Positions 1 to 9,127 of a stretch of DNA of 55,823 nucleotides are shown in pieces (the first letter of the stretch is position 1; every line of letters starts with the position of its first letter). The DNA lies in sequence record DRR723986_9123, one strand, 5' to 3'. The translations under genes and the position numbers were made by a program. The notes below the pieces were generated by a model. It had not been told where the DNA came from, did no database searches, and saw nothing but the letters and a program-made list of their open reading frames with translations.

Positions 1-30
1 GGAGAGTGCGGCTGGGAGAGTGCGGCTGGG
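1..30. repeat. 14-bp tandem repeat (GGAGAGTGCGGCTG x2), possibly truncated by the window edge
   Basis: Positions 1-14 and 15-28 are identical and are followed by GG. Confidence 0.7.
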
Positions 31-38
31 CCGGTTGT

Positions 39-61
39 TGCAGGCAAGCTGCCTGCACTAC
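39..61 (-). repeat. REP-like GTAG palindrome GTAGTGCAGGCAGCTTGCCTGCA
   Basis: Exact reverse complement of 17975-17997. GTAG is followed by a 7-bp stem with a 5-nt loop; it lies just downstream of the pncA stop. Confidence 0.75.
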
Positions 62-77
62 GGAATGTGAAGGGGGA

Positions 78-716
78 TCAGAGGTCGTGGCTGTTGAGTA
101 GGCGGGCGCCTGCGGATTGCATTTCTACCGTGGCGCGGTGGATGTCGCCTTCATGAAGTTCGACTCCTCGGCAGCCATCCACGACAAGCGTTACCGCAAA
201 GCCTTCTGAAAGGGCATCGAGTACCGTGGCGCGGACGCAGTAATCCGTCGCCAAGCCGAGAACAACGAGATGCATTACTCGGTTTTCGCGCAGGAAGTCT
301 GATAAGCCGGTCGCTTTCTTGCGGCCGTTGTCGTAAAAGCCGCTGTAGGAGTCAATCTGCGAATCGGTGCCCTTGCGTACAACGTAGTCGATCGCATCGC
401 AATCAAGTGCTTCGACAAACTCAGCACCGCTGGAGCCTTGGACGCAGTGATCTGGCCATGCAATCTGTGGCAAACCGCCGAGCGTGAATGTATCTCCCAA
501 TTGGAGCCCAGAGTGTTGGCTTGCGAAACTTTGGTGGTCGGCAGGATGCCAATCCTGTGTCGCGACGACGAATTCGAAGCGCTGCATCAGACGGTTGGCA
601 ACCTCAATCACCTCACCGCCGGCGGGTACCGCAAGCGCGCCGCCTTCCACGAAGTCATTTTGCAAATCAACCAGTAACAAGGCGGTACGTTCAGGGGTGA
701 CGGTGTCAGATTTCAA
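78..716 (-). CDS. pncA: Nicotinamidase/pyrazinamidase (isochorismatase family)
   Basis: Motifs [32 protein letters not shown] and [11 protein letters not shown] start at 716 chosen because AAGGA lies upstream; the ORF is open to 761. Same operon as pncB and nrtR. Confidence 0.95.
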   Translation of the reverse strand: MKSDTVTPERTALLLVDLQNDFVEGGALAVPAGGEVIEVANRLMQRFEFVVATQDWHPADHQSFASQHSGLQLGDTFTLGGLPQIAWPDHCVQGSSGAEFVEALDCDAIDYVVRKGTDSQIDSYSGFYDNGRKKATGLSDFLRENRVMHLVVLGLATDYCVRATVLDALSEGFAVTLVVDGCRGVELHEGDIHRATVEMQSAGARLLNSHDL

Positions 717-1395
717 AGTTGATTCCTTGCTTGCACTTATCGTGGTATTTCTTACGATCAAAACGATACAGCCGAGCCGCTCGATGAGCTACATTACTCT
801 CCAGCTCATCTAGCTCTTTCAGCACATCCAGTTTGAGGATCTTCTTGCGGAAATTTCGTTTGTCGAGCGATCGGTCGAGTACTGCTTCGTAAAGTTGTTG
901 CAACTGTGTCAGCGTAAACTTTGGTGGAAGGAGTTCAAAACCAATTGGTTCATAGCGAACCTTGCCCCGCAGCCGTTGGTGGGCAACTTGCAGAATCTTC
1001 TTGTGGTCAAACGCAAGTCTGGGAACTTCATCCAGCGAGAACCAAGCTGCATCACGGGCGTTGGTACTGTCCAGGATGCGATGAGCATTCAGACGCACCA
1101 GTGCGTACCATGCAACAGTAACAACACGTTCGCGCGGGTCACGATCAACGTCTCCGAAGGTATAGAGTTGCTCGAGGAATATTCGGCTGAGGCCCGTTTC
1201 CTCCCGTAACTCGCGTCGAGCGGCCGCTTCCACCGTTTCGTCGACGTGCACAAAACCCCCGGGCAACGCCCAGTTGCCTTGGAATGGCGGCACGTCCCGC
1301 TGGATAAGCAGGATCTTCAAGCGTTGGTCATCAAAGCCGAATACAACGCAATCCACCGCCAAAGCCGCTCGGGGGAATTGATAACTGTGGGACAT
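706..1395 (-). CDS. nrtR: NrtR-family Nudix-related transcriptional regulator (Nudix domain plus C-terminal winged HTH)
   Basis: Nudix box [24 protein letters not shown]-terminal [29 protein letters not shown] is typical of NrtR. Lies between pncB and pncA. Confidence 0.92.
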   Translation of the reverse strand: MSHSYQFPRAALAVDCVVFGFDDQRLKILLIQRDVPPFQGNWALPGGFVHVDETVEAAARRELREETGLSRIFLEQLYTFGDVDRDPRERVVTVAWYALVRLNAHRILDSTNARDAAWFSLDEVPRLAFDHKKILQVAHQRLRGKVRYEPIGFELLPPKFTLTQLQQLYEAVLDRSLDKRNFRKKILKLDVLKELDELESNVAHRAARLYRFDRKKYHDKCKQGINFEI

Positions 1396-1459
1396 GGGAG
1401 CGTGTCGGTGTGGAATTTCGAGGCAGGAGTGAGTTGCAGACTGGTGTTTACGAAATGGT

Positions 1460-1482
1460 TGCAGGCTGGCAGCCTGCATTGC
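1460..1482 (-). repeat. Degenerate REP-like palindrome (GCAATGCAGGCTGCCAGCCTGCA)
   Basis: Same TGCAGGC-N5-GCCTGCA stem as 39-61 and 17975-17997, immediately after the pncB stop. Confidence 0.6.
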
Positions 1483-1487
1483 GGGCA

Positions 1488-2951
1488 CTACGGGGTCCGG
1501 GCCTGTTGGATGAGTTCGGATTTCTGGCTATGAAGTGACGATTCGAGCCCAACGCGGTATTTGTGTGGATTGTTCAGCCGCAAGATGGTGTTGTCAAACT
1601 GGCTAAGTTGCGCCTGTGCGTGGTCGCGGAGGCTGTCGATCGGTGGTGATGCGGTTGTTCGCTTTCCAGCTCGCATCACTGCTTGTAGCAAGTCCGTAGA
1701 CTCACTAGGCGATTCGAACGTTGTGCGGTGCGACGCATCCAGGGGATCGACCATAGTGCAAGTCTCGGGCGGAGGATTGAGTTCGTCGTAAATCATGTCG
1801 GCAACCGCTTGGCCACTAGAATTAAAGAATCTGCGCACTTGTTGGATACCAGGTGTGGACGTCTTAATCAGTTGTTCCGACAGCTTGATCTTGGGAAGCC
1901 ACTGCCCGTGTTGATCCTGAATGGCTCCGAGTTTGTAAACGCCTCCCAGAGCGGGTTGGTCGTAGGCGGTGACAAGTTTGGTGCCTACGCCCCAAACGGC
2001 AATTGTTGCACCTTGGTGTTTCAGGCTTTCGATCAAGTGCTCGTCCAGGTCGTTGCTGGCGACGACGACTGCATCGTTGAAGCCCGCCGCATCGAGTAGC
2101 TTTCTTGCTTCGATGCTAAGCCAAGCAAGGTCGCCGGAATCCAGGCGGATGCCGACCATGCGGTATCCTTTGTCGCGTAGTTGCTCGCCGACTTGGATTG
2201 CATTTCGAACGCCCTCTAGAGTGTCGTAGGTGTCGACAAGGAAAACACAATTGTTCGGCATGGCGGCAGCATACGCCTCGCACGCTTCCAATTCACTATC
2301 GAACGACATCACCCAACTGTGCGCGTGCGTTCCCTTAACCGGAATGCCAAACGTTTTGCCGGCGAGAACGTTTGAGGTTCCCGCGCAGCCGCCGATATAC
2401 GCAGCTCGACTGGCCGCAAGCGCTCCGTCAATTCCCTGGGCTCGCCGCAATCCGAACTCTAACACTGCGTCGCCCCGCGCGGCGGTGGTTACTCGAGCGG
2501 CTTTGGTTGCAATGAGCGTTTGGAAATTGATGATGTTTAGCAATGCTGTCTCGAGAAGCTGGCACTGCAGGATTGGGCCTTGGATTCTGAGGACCGGTTC
2601 GTGAGGGAACACGACGGTGCCTTCTTGAGCGGCAGCCACGTCGACCGACAACTTCAGTTCAGAAAGATGGCGGAGGAACTCCGGTTCGAACAACGGCCGA
2701 GCATCATTGCCCGTGAGTGATTCGAGGAATTCGATGTCGCAGCTTGAAAAGCGAAAGCCCTGGAGGAACTCAAGAGCTGGTTCCAGCCCAGCGGCGACTG
2801 CGTACCCGCCAGCGAATGGGCACTTGCGAAAGAACAAGTGGAAGACACTTTGTCGGTCCGCCGTGCCGCTCTTCCAGTAGCCGTAAGCCATCGTCAACTG
2901 GTACAGGTCGGTTAACAGAGCCAACGACCGATCATCATCTGTGTACACCAT
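1488..2951 (-). CDS. pncB: Nicotinate phosphoribosyltransferase
   Basis: Motifs [43 protein letters not shown] and [25 protein letters not shown] just upstream of the ATG. Confidence 0.96.
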   Translation of the reverse strand: MVYTDDDRSLALLTDLYQLTMAYGYWKSGTADRQSVFHLFFRKCPFAGGYAVAAGLEPALEFLQGFRFSSCDIEFLESLTGNDARPLFEPEFLRHLSELKLSVDVAAAQEGTVVFPHEPVLRIQGPILQCQLLETALLNIINFQTLIATKAARVTTAARGDAVLEFGLRRAQGIDGALAASRAAYIGGCAGTSNVLAGKTFGIPVKGTHAHSWVMSFDSELEACEAYAAAMPNNCVFLVDTYDTLEGVRNAIQVGEQLRDKGYRMVGIRLDSGDLAWLSIEARKLLDAAGFNDAVVVASNDLDEHLIESLKHQGATIAVWGVGTKLVTAYDQPALGGVYKLGAIQDQHGQWLPKIKLSEQLIKTSTPGIQQVRRFFNSSGQAVADMIYDELNPPPETCTMVDPLDASHRTTFESPSESTDLLQAVMRAGKRTTASPPIDSLRDHAQAQLSQFDNTILRLNNPHKYRVGLESSLHSQKSELIQQARTP

Positions 2952-2962
2952 AAACCTCTCCT

Positions 2963-2985
2963 CTTAGTGTTGTTTGTACACTAAG
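2963..2985. promoter_or_regulatory. Probable NrtR operator
   Basis: Perfect inverted repeat CTTAGTGT-N7-ACACTAAG directly upstream of the pncB SD; matches the GT-N7-AC core known for NrtR sites. Confidence 0.85.
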
Positions 2986-3131
2986 CAGGCTAGCCGCACA
3001 AGGTGCGATTCATTGAGACTTGGTGGAGCCGGCCGTGCTGGGACGGGGCTAAGGGAGACTTGCAAGCGTTCGTGAAGCACCCGTTGTTCGAGACTTACCC
3101 CAGGGAATTAATCGAACGCCAGAATGCAAGC

Positions 3132-4385
3132 CTAGGCTGCAAGATTCCCTTGCGAAGATGGTTTGTCGGGAAGGGCGAGTACGACGCAAATTGCGATGCC
3201 AGCGTAGAGCGGATAGAAGTGCAGCAGCAAGTCGGGGACGGTTCCTTGTACATTGAGGAACACCGAATCTAGCTTCGGCATCATCAGTGCGAAGGCTGAA
3301 ATGATCGCCAATACCGTTCGGGCAGGATTCCGCGAATGGGACGCGTCGCTCTCGCGGAGCAAGACGTAGCAAATCGGTAGGAAGAGCACCGTCAGATAAT
3401 GCGACCAAGTTATTACGCCGCTGAACATCATCGCAACAAGGAGGATTGAGAATGCCTTGATCGGAGAACCGCGGAGTCGAAAAGCACAAACATAGGCGGC
3501 TGCAATAGCCAGCAGGGCTGAGAGCGGTGCCGCGAAGTGCGCGAAAGACGCAGTGCTTGGCATTACGTTGCCCAGCATCGGCCAGAAGTTTTGTAGCGAG
3601 TAGTTGCACCACTTTACGGCGTTGCCCGCTAATACAGGTACGCCGTTGGTGACAAAGTCTACCCAATTGTGGAGTCCAGGCACGGTGAGGCAGATGACTG
3701 ATGTACCGGCCATCGCGAGCAGCCGCTGTGCAGCGTCCTTCCAACCGTTTAGGTCACGGAAGAATATCCATGGAGCAAGGACGACCGGATAGATCTTGAA
3801 GGCAGATGCGAGCGTTATCGCGGCGCATGCTAGGCAGTGTCGCCGATTTGTCCCAAGCCAATAGGCCGAGTAGACAGCCGCTCCAATGATCAATTGCACT
3901 TGGGAGTAGTAGATGAGCATTTGAAAGCTGATTGAATTGAGCAACAATCCAACAAGCAGTAGCCACATCGGATCGCTCCAGCGGCGTTTGAGTATGCGGC
4001 GAGCCATTTCAATGCTGCAGCCAGCAGCCACGAACTGCACGATGAGCCACGCATAGTATGCGGCTTTCATGGGCAGCCAGGATAGTGCCGACAATAAAAG
4101 GAGAAGCAATGGCGGATGCGCCGCATAAGGGATGAACGAGCAGTAAGGTAGCCCGTTTTCCGCCATGAGTGGTTTCAGCGGAGTTTGGTAAGCACTCTCG
4201 CCGCTGGCATAGATCGATCCACCGACGTAGTAATGTGAAAAGTCGTTGTGGAAGCTTTCGGTGCCGATCGCTGGATTTAAGCGGATCAATCCAAGGCCGA
4301 CAATCATCAACGCCATGACACGTTTCATGGTCACCAGGTTACTCACTGGGACGGACGTTGAGGTTGTTGTGCGGGCGGTGCTCAT
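3132..4385 (-). CDS. GT-C fold membrane glycosyltransferase, family 87 (DUF2029-like)
   Basis: NDFSHYY near the N-terminus, YAAHPP, SQV, FKIYP, NYSL and TWSHY motifs, many TM segments. Start uncertain (4385 or 4328). Confidence 0.8.
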   Translation of the reverse strand: MSTARTTTSTSVPVSNLVTMKRVMALMIVGLGLIRLNPAIGTESFHNDFSHYYVGGSIYASGESAYQTPLKPLMAENGLPYCSFIPYAAHPPLLLLLLSALSWLPMKAAYYAWLIVQFVAAGCSIEMARRILKRRWSDPMWLLLVGLLLNSISFQMLIYYSQVQLIIGAAVYSAYWLGTNRRHCLACAAITLASAFKIYPVVLAPWIFFRDLNGWKDAAQRLLAMAGTSVICLTVPGLHNWVDFVTNGVPVLAGNAVKWCNYSLQNFWPMLGNVMPSTASFAHFAAPLSALLAIAAAYVCAFRLRGSPIKAFSILLVAMMFSGVITWSHYLTVLFLPICYVLLRESDASHSRNPARTVLAIISAFALMMPKLDSVFLNVQGTVPDLLLHFYPLYAGIAICVVLALPDKPSSQGNLAA

Positions 4386-4796
4386 ATTCGAAATCGCTTG
4401 AAAGTTAAGGCGATGTGTGGGCAACTCCGGGCGGGCGGCTCAATGCTGAGAACACCGCGGGCTGGGGCACGATCGTGATTTGGACGTGAAGTCGCGGGGA
4501 GCAACTCTACCACTTGGAAATCTGTGAGCGTGGTTATCACGGTGGTGTAACCCGAAATGTTGACCGCTGCGCAGCGGTAGCGATTGCGTAGTTGTCAAAA
4601 TCGGCACGACCGGCAGAGTTGCTTTGTATTGCTATGAAAGTCGGTAGCTTGGCGGGCTGGTTCACTCTCTGCACGTTTCCTGAGGGAATGTTTAAGCGGC
4701 GAATTCTGTTCAGCTCAACAAAGTGTCCCGCCTCGTCACGGCGCTGCTCGTCGTTCTCGTCAACAATCGTGAGGATTTACAGTGGTCTCGCATCAA

Positions 4797-6440
4797 ATGA
4801 GTTCCCCAACACCATCGCAACCTGGCTTCGACGTACAGGATGGTTTTGCAACGCAGGCTCACGTGAACACGCCCGTTGTGGGAAATTCCAACCTGGTAGT
4901 AGAAGATCTGCAGGACGAGATTTCAACGCTTTTCCTTGACCATGAAAAGCTTGATGAAGACAGTTTCGATGCAGCGAATTTTCCGCGACAACGAGCCAAG
5001 GCGATTCGCAAGGTCTCGATCCTGATTCCGTTGTACAACGAGCGGTGGACTATCAAGAAACTGCTTAAACAGGTGCTCGAGGCTCCGTTGGATGGGCTGG
5101 AGCGGGAGATCATCGTTGTTGACGATGGATCAACGGACGGCGGTGCTGAAGTCGCTAGCGCGATCATTGATGAAGTGGAATCGATTCGACTGTATCGCCA
5201 TCCAAAGAACCTTGGCAAAGGTGCGGCGGTACGCACAGCGATCCGCAATATGACTGGCGACGTGGCGATCATCCAAGACGCTGACTTGGAGTACTCTCCG
5301 TCGGACTTTAAACAGTTGCTTGAACCGATCATTTCTGGAGATGCAGACGCCGTTTATGGCTCTCGATTCTCTGGCCCCAGGCGACGTGCTCTGTTGTTCT
5401 GGAATTCACTTGGCAACAAGGTGTTGACGACAGCTTCCAACATCGTCAACAACATCAACTTGACCGACATGGAGACCTGCTACAAAGCTGTTCGAGCGGA
5501 TATTCTACGTGAACTTAGGCTGACGGCGAACTCCTTCACCATTGAGCCTGAGATAACGACGCGTCTTGCGCAGTGGGGCGCTCGGATTTATGAAGTGCCT
5601 ATCAGTTACCGTGGCCGCGACAAGGGCGATGGACGAAAGACTCGCGCTATCGATGGTGTGAAGGCATTCGCCAAGCTGTTGCACAGTAAGTTTATCGATA
5701 CGCGATTCACACTGCATACAGGTATGTATGTTTTGCGAAGTGTTGAAAATGCACGGCGTTACAACAAGTGGACGATCAAGCAGATCGGTAAGTTCTTTGG
5801 CAATCGTGTAGCCGAAGCTGGAGCCGGCATTGGAAACATGAGCCAAATGCTCACCGACCGTGAGCATCTCTTGTTGGTTGATCACGACCCAATGTATACC
5901 GCTTCTCTGAAGTACAGGTTCGCTGGACGCGGCAACGTGCGGGTACAGCAAACAGATCTAACGGAGCCGGATTTTGAAAAGGACTGGAAGGAAGACAAGC
6001 TCGATACAGTATTTTGTTCGAACGTGCTGGAGCACTTAGGGCCACATCGACGGATCTTGAAGTCCTTCTACAACGCCGTGACGCCTGGTGGACACTGTAT
6101 CATCGTTGTTCCGGCCGAGCCCGAGCTGTACAACGGATTGGACACGTCGCTTGGGCACCATCGCCGCTATCGCCGTCAGGACCTTTCGCGACTGATGCAA
6201 GATGCGGGGTTTGAAATTGTTCACCAACAGCAGGTTTGCAAACTGGGCGCTGTGGCTTGGTGGATCAACGGCAATCTTCTGCGTCGTCGCCGACTAACGC
6301 CTCGACAAATGCGTTTGTTCGATTGGCTTTGGCCACTGTTCTGCGTCGTGGACCGACTGCTTCCTTGGCGAGGTATGTCCCTGATGATGGTCGGCAGAAA
6401 GCCTGAAGCGTCGACTGGCCCTGCCGCAAACGCCCGCTGA
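4797..6440 (+). CDS. GT2 (polyprenol-phosphate sugar synthase-like) fused to a class I SAM methyltransferase-like domain
   Basis: N-half has SILIPLYNE, VVDDGSTDG, NLGKGAA, QDADLEY and TDMETCYK. C-half has AEAGAGIG, SNVLEHL and GHHRRY. Confidence 0.88.
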   Translation: MSSPTPSQPGFDVQDGFATQAHVNTPVVGNSNLVVEDLQDEISTLFLDHEKLDEDSFDAANFPRQRAKAIRKVSILIPLYNERWTIKKLLKQVLEAPLDGLEREIIVVDDGSTDGGAEVASAIIDEVESIRLYRHPKNLGKGAAVRTAIRNMTGDVAIIQDADLEYSPSDFKQLLEPIISGDADAVYGSRFSGPRRRALLFWNSLGNKVLTTASNIVNNINLTDMETCYKAVRADILRELRLTANSFTIEPEITTRLAQWGARIYEVPISYRGRDKGDGRKTRAIDGVKAFAKLLHSKFIDTRFTLHTGMYVLRSVENARRYNKWTIKQIGKFFGNRVAEAGAGIGNMSQMLTDREHLLLVDHDPMYTASLKYRFAGRGNVRVQQTDLTEPDFEKDWKEDKLDTVFCSNVLEHLGPHRRILKSFYNAVTPGGHCIIVVPAEPELYNGLDTSLGHHRRYRRQDLSRLMQDAGFEIVHQQQVCKLGAVAWWINGNLLRRRRLTPRQMRLFDWLWPLFCVVDRLLPWRGMSLMMVGRKPEASTGPAANAR

Positions 6441-6615
6441 GGCGGATATCATCTGCTTGCGTTTCTGTCGTGCGTCTAATGCGCTGCGTTCAGGACATTG
6501 CGGCAACTGCATTGCGTCTCGCCGGCGCGTCGAAGACCCCTGCCCTTTCTGCATGATCGTCGTGCAGCATCTTTGTGCAGCATCTCTGTGCCTCGTGTGG
6601 CTGCGAACTCTGTAC

Positions 6616-6789
6616 CTTGGTCAACGCGAGGGTTGCCGACCCAAGAGCGGCCGGAATGCGTGCCCTCTAGCTGGTGATCTGTTCACAACTGTTAGTTCTA
6701 CGTACTTCGGGGGGAGGAGCGTTCGGGCTTACCCAATTGTCTCAGCTAGCGTGACGTCGTCCGAGAAATTGCTCCTCTGAAGAATATCA
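6616..6789 (-). ncRNA. Candidate structured small RNA
   Basis: Closing stem GAGGAGC/GCTCCTC (6777-6771/6720-6714) encloses two helices, and a further hairpin lies at 6616-6645. G-U pairs favour the minus strand. Confidence 0.3.
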
Positions 6790-6800
6790 ATAAACTGAAT

Positions 6801-6816
6801 TCAAGCCCCGTGCCAA
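6801..6816 (-). promoter_or_regulatory. Possible sigma54-like -24/-12 promoter
   Basis: Minus strand reads TTGGCACGGGGCTTGA: TGGCAC-N5-TTGA against the consensus TGGCAC-N5-TTGC, one mismatch at -12. Confidence 0.35.
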
Positions 6817-7020
6817 TCTTTGAATAATGTCTCCGTCGGTGATAGGATGAGAGGCCCGCTTCAAGGACTCGTTGCAGCGTTTTGGTCTGTAAAATTGTCG
6901 GCAACATTCGTGTGACGGTTGCTGCGTGAGAACGAGGACAATCGATTGTTAGGGAGTTTGTTGCGGGCTTTTGTCGTGCTAGTTCAGTAGAATTTGCTGG
7001 TCGCTTATTGAGCAGTTCTT

Positions 7021-9021
7021 ATGCCCGAACAACAATCTGCCATTTGCCCGAAGTGTGAAGCAAGTCTTTGTTTTACTCCAACATCGTCGAAGAAGATTGC
7101 ACTCAAGTGTCCGCGATGTTCCAACGTCTTCGAAGCTGACTCGGTGCCGAGCGAGAGTGTAGACAACAAGACCGAAGCAACGCCCGAATCTGTTCAACCG
7201 ACAGTAGTTGCCAACGTGATTAAGGCGATGCCAATCACGGGGCCGGCAACTAATGTGGGCAAGCCGCCAGCTTCGATAGTTGATGATGAACCGATCATTG
7301 ACGGCGAGTTGTTGGAGGAGGACGAGGAAGAGATCATCTTTACCGAAGATGACCTAGTGGAGGACACCACTCCGGTAAGCTTGGCGCCCAAATTACCGGG
7401 AGCTAACAATAGTCGCGCGAAGAGCAATGGTGCTTCGAAGCCCACTGCTACCAAACCAAAGCTTCCCGCCAGTCCAAAGAAACGCGTCCGCAAAGACCCA
7501 GCATCGAGCGCGAGTACCTCGGGTCAAGCAGTTCAGGTGCGGCAGAGTGCATCCGAACAGCCTGTGTGGAAGCGTCCAGGCGTGCTCGTTGCTCTGGTAG
7601 CAAGTCTTGTTCTTGGGCTTGGGCTGACTGGATGGATGGCTGGCTTGTTCGGAGGCGGCAACGAAGGAGGAGCGGTTGCTTACGCCAAGGACCTAGAGGC
7701 GCTGGTCGGTGAGAGTTTAGAGGTCTTGAAGGTCGCCAAGGAGGATTCAACCCAGCGGAGCCAAACCAACGAAGCCCTTGAGGAAGTGCAAGGAAGAATT
7801 TCTGAGTTGATGCTGAACGTCATCGACTGCCCGATCGTTGAGTCTAGTGAGCAGTTGCAGCCGGTGCGGGATGTGTTAACTGCCGGATCAGAGAGTCGTG
7901 CCGAGTTCGTAACGCTGACTCGAGAGCTTGGTGACAACTATGCAATTCATGATGAACTTGCCGAGAGCATCCAGCGGTTGCGTGAAACGGTCGGAGCGAT
8001 TGAGCAACACCTGAACTATTCTTTGGTCGAATTGACGCCCCCGAGAACGGCCGTCGATCGCACCTGCGTTTCGAGTATCGAATTGAAACGAATGGTCGTC
8101 CGGGAGCTGCATCGTGTTCACTCCAGTAGCGACCTGAGCGCCATCGCACAGCGACTTCAAACCATTGCGGATGACATCAACAATTTAGCGGAGAAGCAGA
8201 GCTCAGCCGGGAGCCAATTCTCTGTCATGGATTTTGAGTACGAGCAGGCTAACCGTGCAGTGGATCAGACCAAACAGTGGCTTGTCGATGAGTTAGCGCA
8301 AAGCACTGGGCCTCAAGCGAGTGAGCTCGATGCGACACTGAGCGAGCTGTCAGACATTGAACGGAGACTGCAAGACTCGTTTCGCAGTTCGATTCCACGG
8401 TTAGCATCGACGACCCGCGAGCGTGTACTGGCGAAACTCGGTCGACCGGCGGAAGGTTCAATCTCTGCACCAGAGGAATCATCACAGATTGCCGCAAACA
8501 CGGCGAGCCAACCGAACGAGTCATTGAAGTCGCTGACGTCGTCGACATGGAGTCGCCCGATGAATACGAAGCCGGCCAAGGCAAAGGAACCGTCCTCTTC
8601 AACTAGAGATTCCGTGACCAAGCCTAGCTACTCCGGTGCGGGGGATAGCAAATCCGATGTGATTGCAGCTAGTCAGAATCAGGAAGGTGCGTTTGACGAC
8701 CAAATGGGATCCAGCGAGCCAGTGATAGTGACTGGAGGCTACGATCCGGATCGCCAGCCCGCGGCGACTTACTCAGGTGTAAGTGCGGTACAAATCAAGG
8801 TCGTGGGGGCGGATTCGGTAAATTGTGAAGCCCGCGCCAGCGAGATCGCTCGTAGCTTGGGGGCAAGTCGGTCGGATGTTCAATTGTCCTCCGATGGGCA
8901 ACTGGCAACGATTAGCATCTTGTATGCTGGTTCGCTGAATCGGGTCGCGTCACAGGTGCGGTTTGGCGAGATAGAAATTTGCGACTCGCAATCCCGCACA
9001 CTTTTCGTTGTTGCTGATTAA
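7021..9021 (+). CDS. Membrane-anchored hypothetical protein with an N-terminal zinc ribbon
   Basis: CPKC-x17-CPRC, then an acidic/Pro-rich linker, one TM (GVLVALVASLVLGLGLTGWMAGLF) and a long helical region; 666-aa ORF. Confidence 0.8.
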   Translation: MPEQQSAICPKCEASLCFTPTSSKKIALKCPRCSNVFEADSVPSESVDNKTEATPESVQPTVVANVIKAMPITGPATNVGKPPASIVDDEPIIDGELLEEDEEEIIFTEDDLVEDTTPVSLAPKLPGANNSRAKSNGASKPTATKPKLPASPKKRVRKDPASSASTSGQAVQVRQSASEQPVWKRPGVLVALVASLVLGLGLTGWMAGLFGGGNEGGAVAYAKDLEALVGESLEVLKVAKEDSTQRSQTNEALEEVQGRISELMLNVIDCPIVESSEQLQPVRDVLTAGSESRAEFVTLTRELGDNYAIHDELAESIQRLRETVGAIEQHLNYSLVELTPPRTAVDRTCVSSIELKRMVVRELHRVHSSSDLSAIAQRLQTIADDINNLAEKQSSAGSQFSVMDFEYEQANRAVDQTKQWLVDELAQSTGPQASELDATLSELSDIERRLQDSFRSSIPRLASTTRERVLAKLGRPAEGSISAPEESSQIAANTASQPNESLKSLTSSTWSRPMNTKPAKAKEPSSSTRDSVTKPSYSGAGDSKSDVIAASQNQEGAFDDQMGSSEPVIVTGGYDPDRQPAATYSGVSAVQIKVVGADSVNCEARASEIARSLGASRSDVQLSSDGQLATISILYAGSLNRVASQVRFGEIEICDSQSRTLFVVAD

Positions 9022-9127
9022 GGCACCGTCGCCTGGTCCGCAGTTTGCGGTCGACACGCGGCACTCGTTGGCGTCGAATTGAAAACTGGTTTTGTTTCGT
9101 CGCTTCCCGCCAATAGTAGGGAACACC

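Noticed and set aside
3049..3744. 231-aa ORF overlapping GT87 in another frame on the same strand
   Set aside because: No recognisable motifs and Arg/Cys-rich composition; it is a shadow of a well-supported gene.
6457..6780. 107-aa Cys-rich plus-strand ORF in the intergenic gap
   Set aside because: TTG start without SD and no family resemblance; it cannot be fully excluded but is unsupported.
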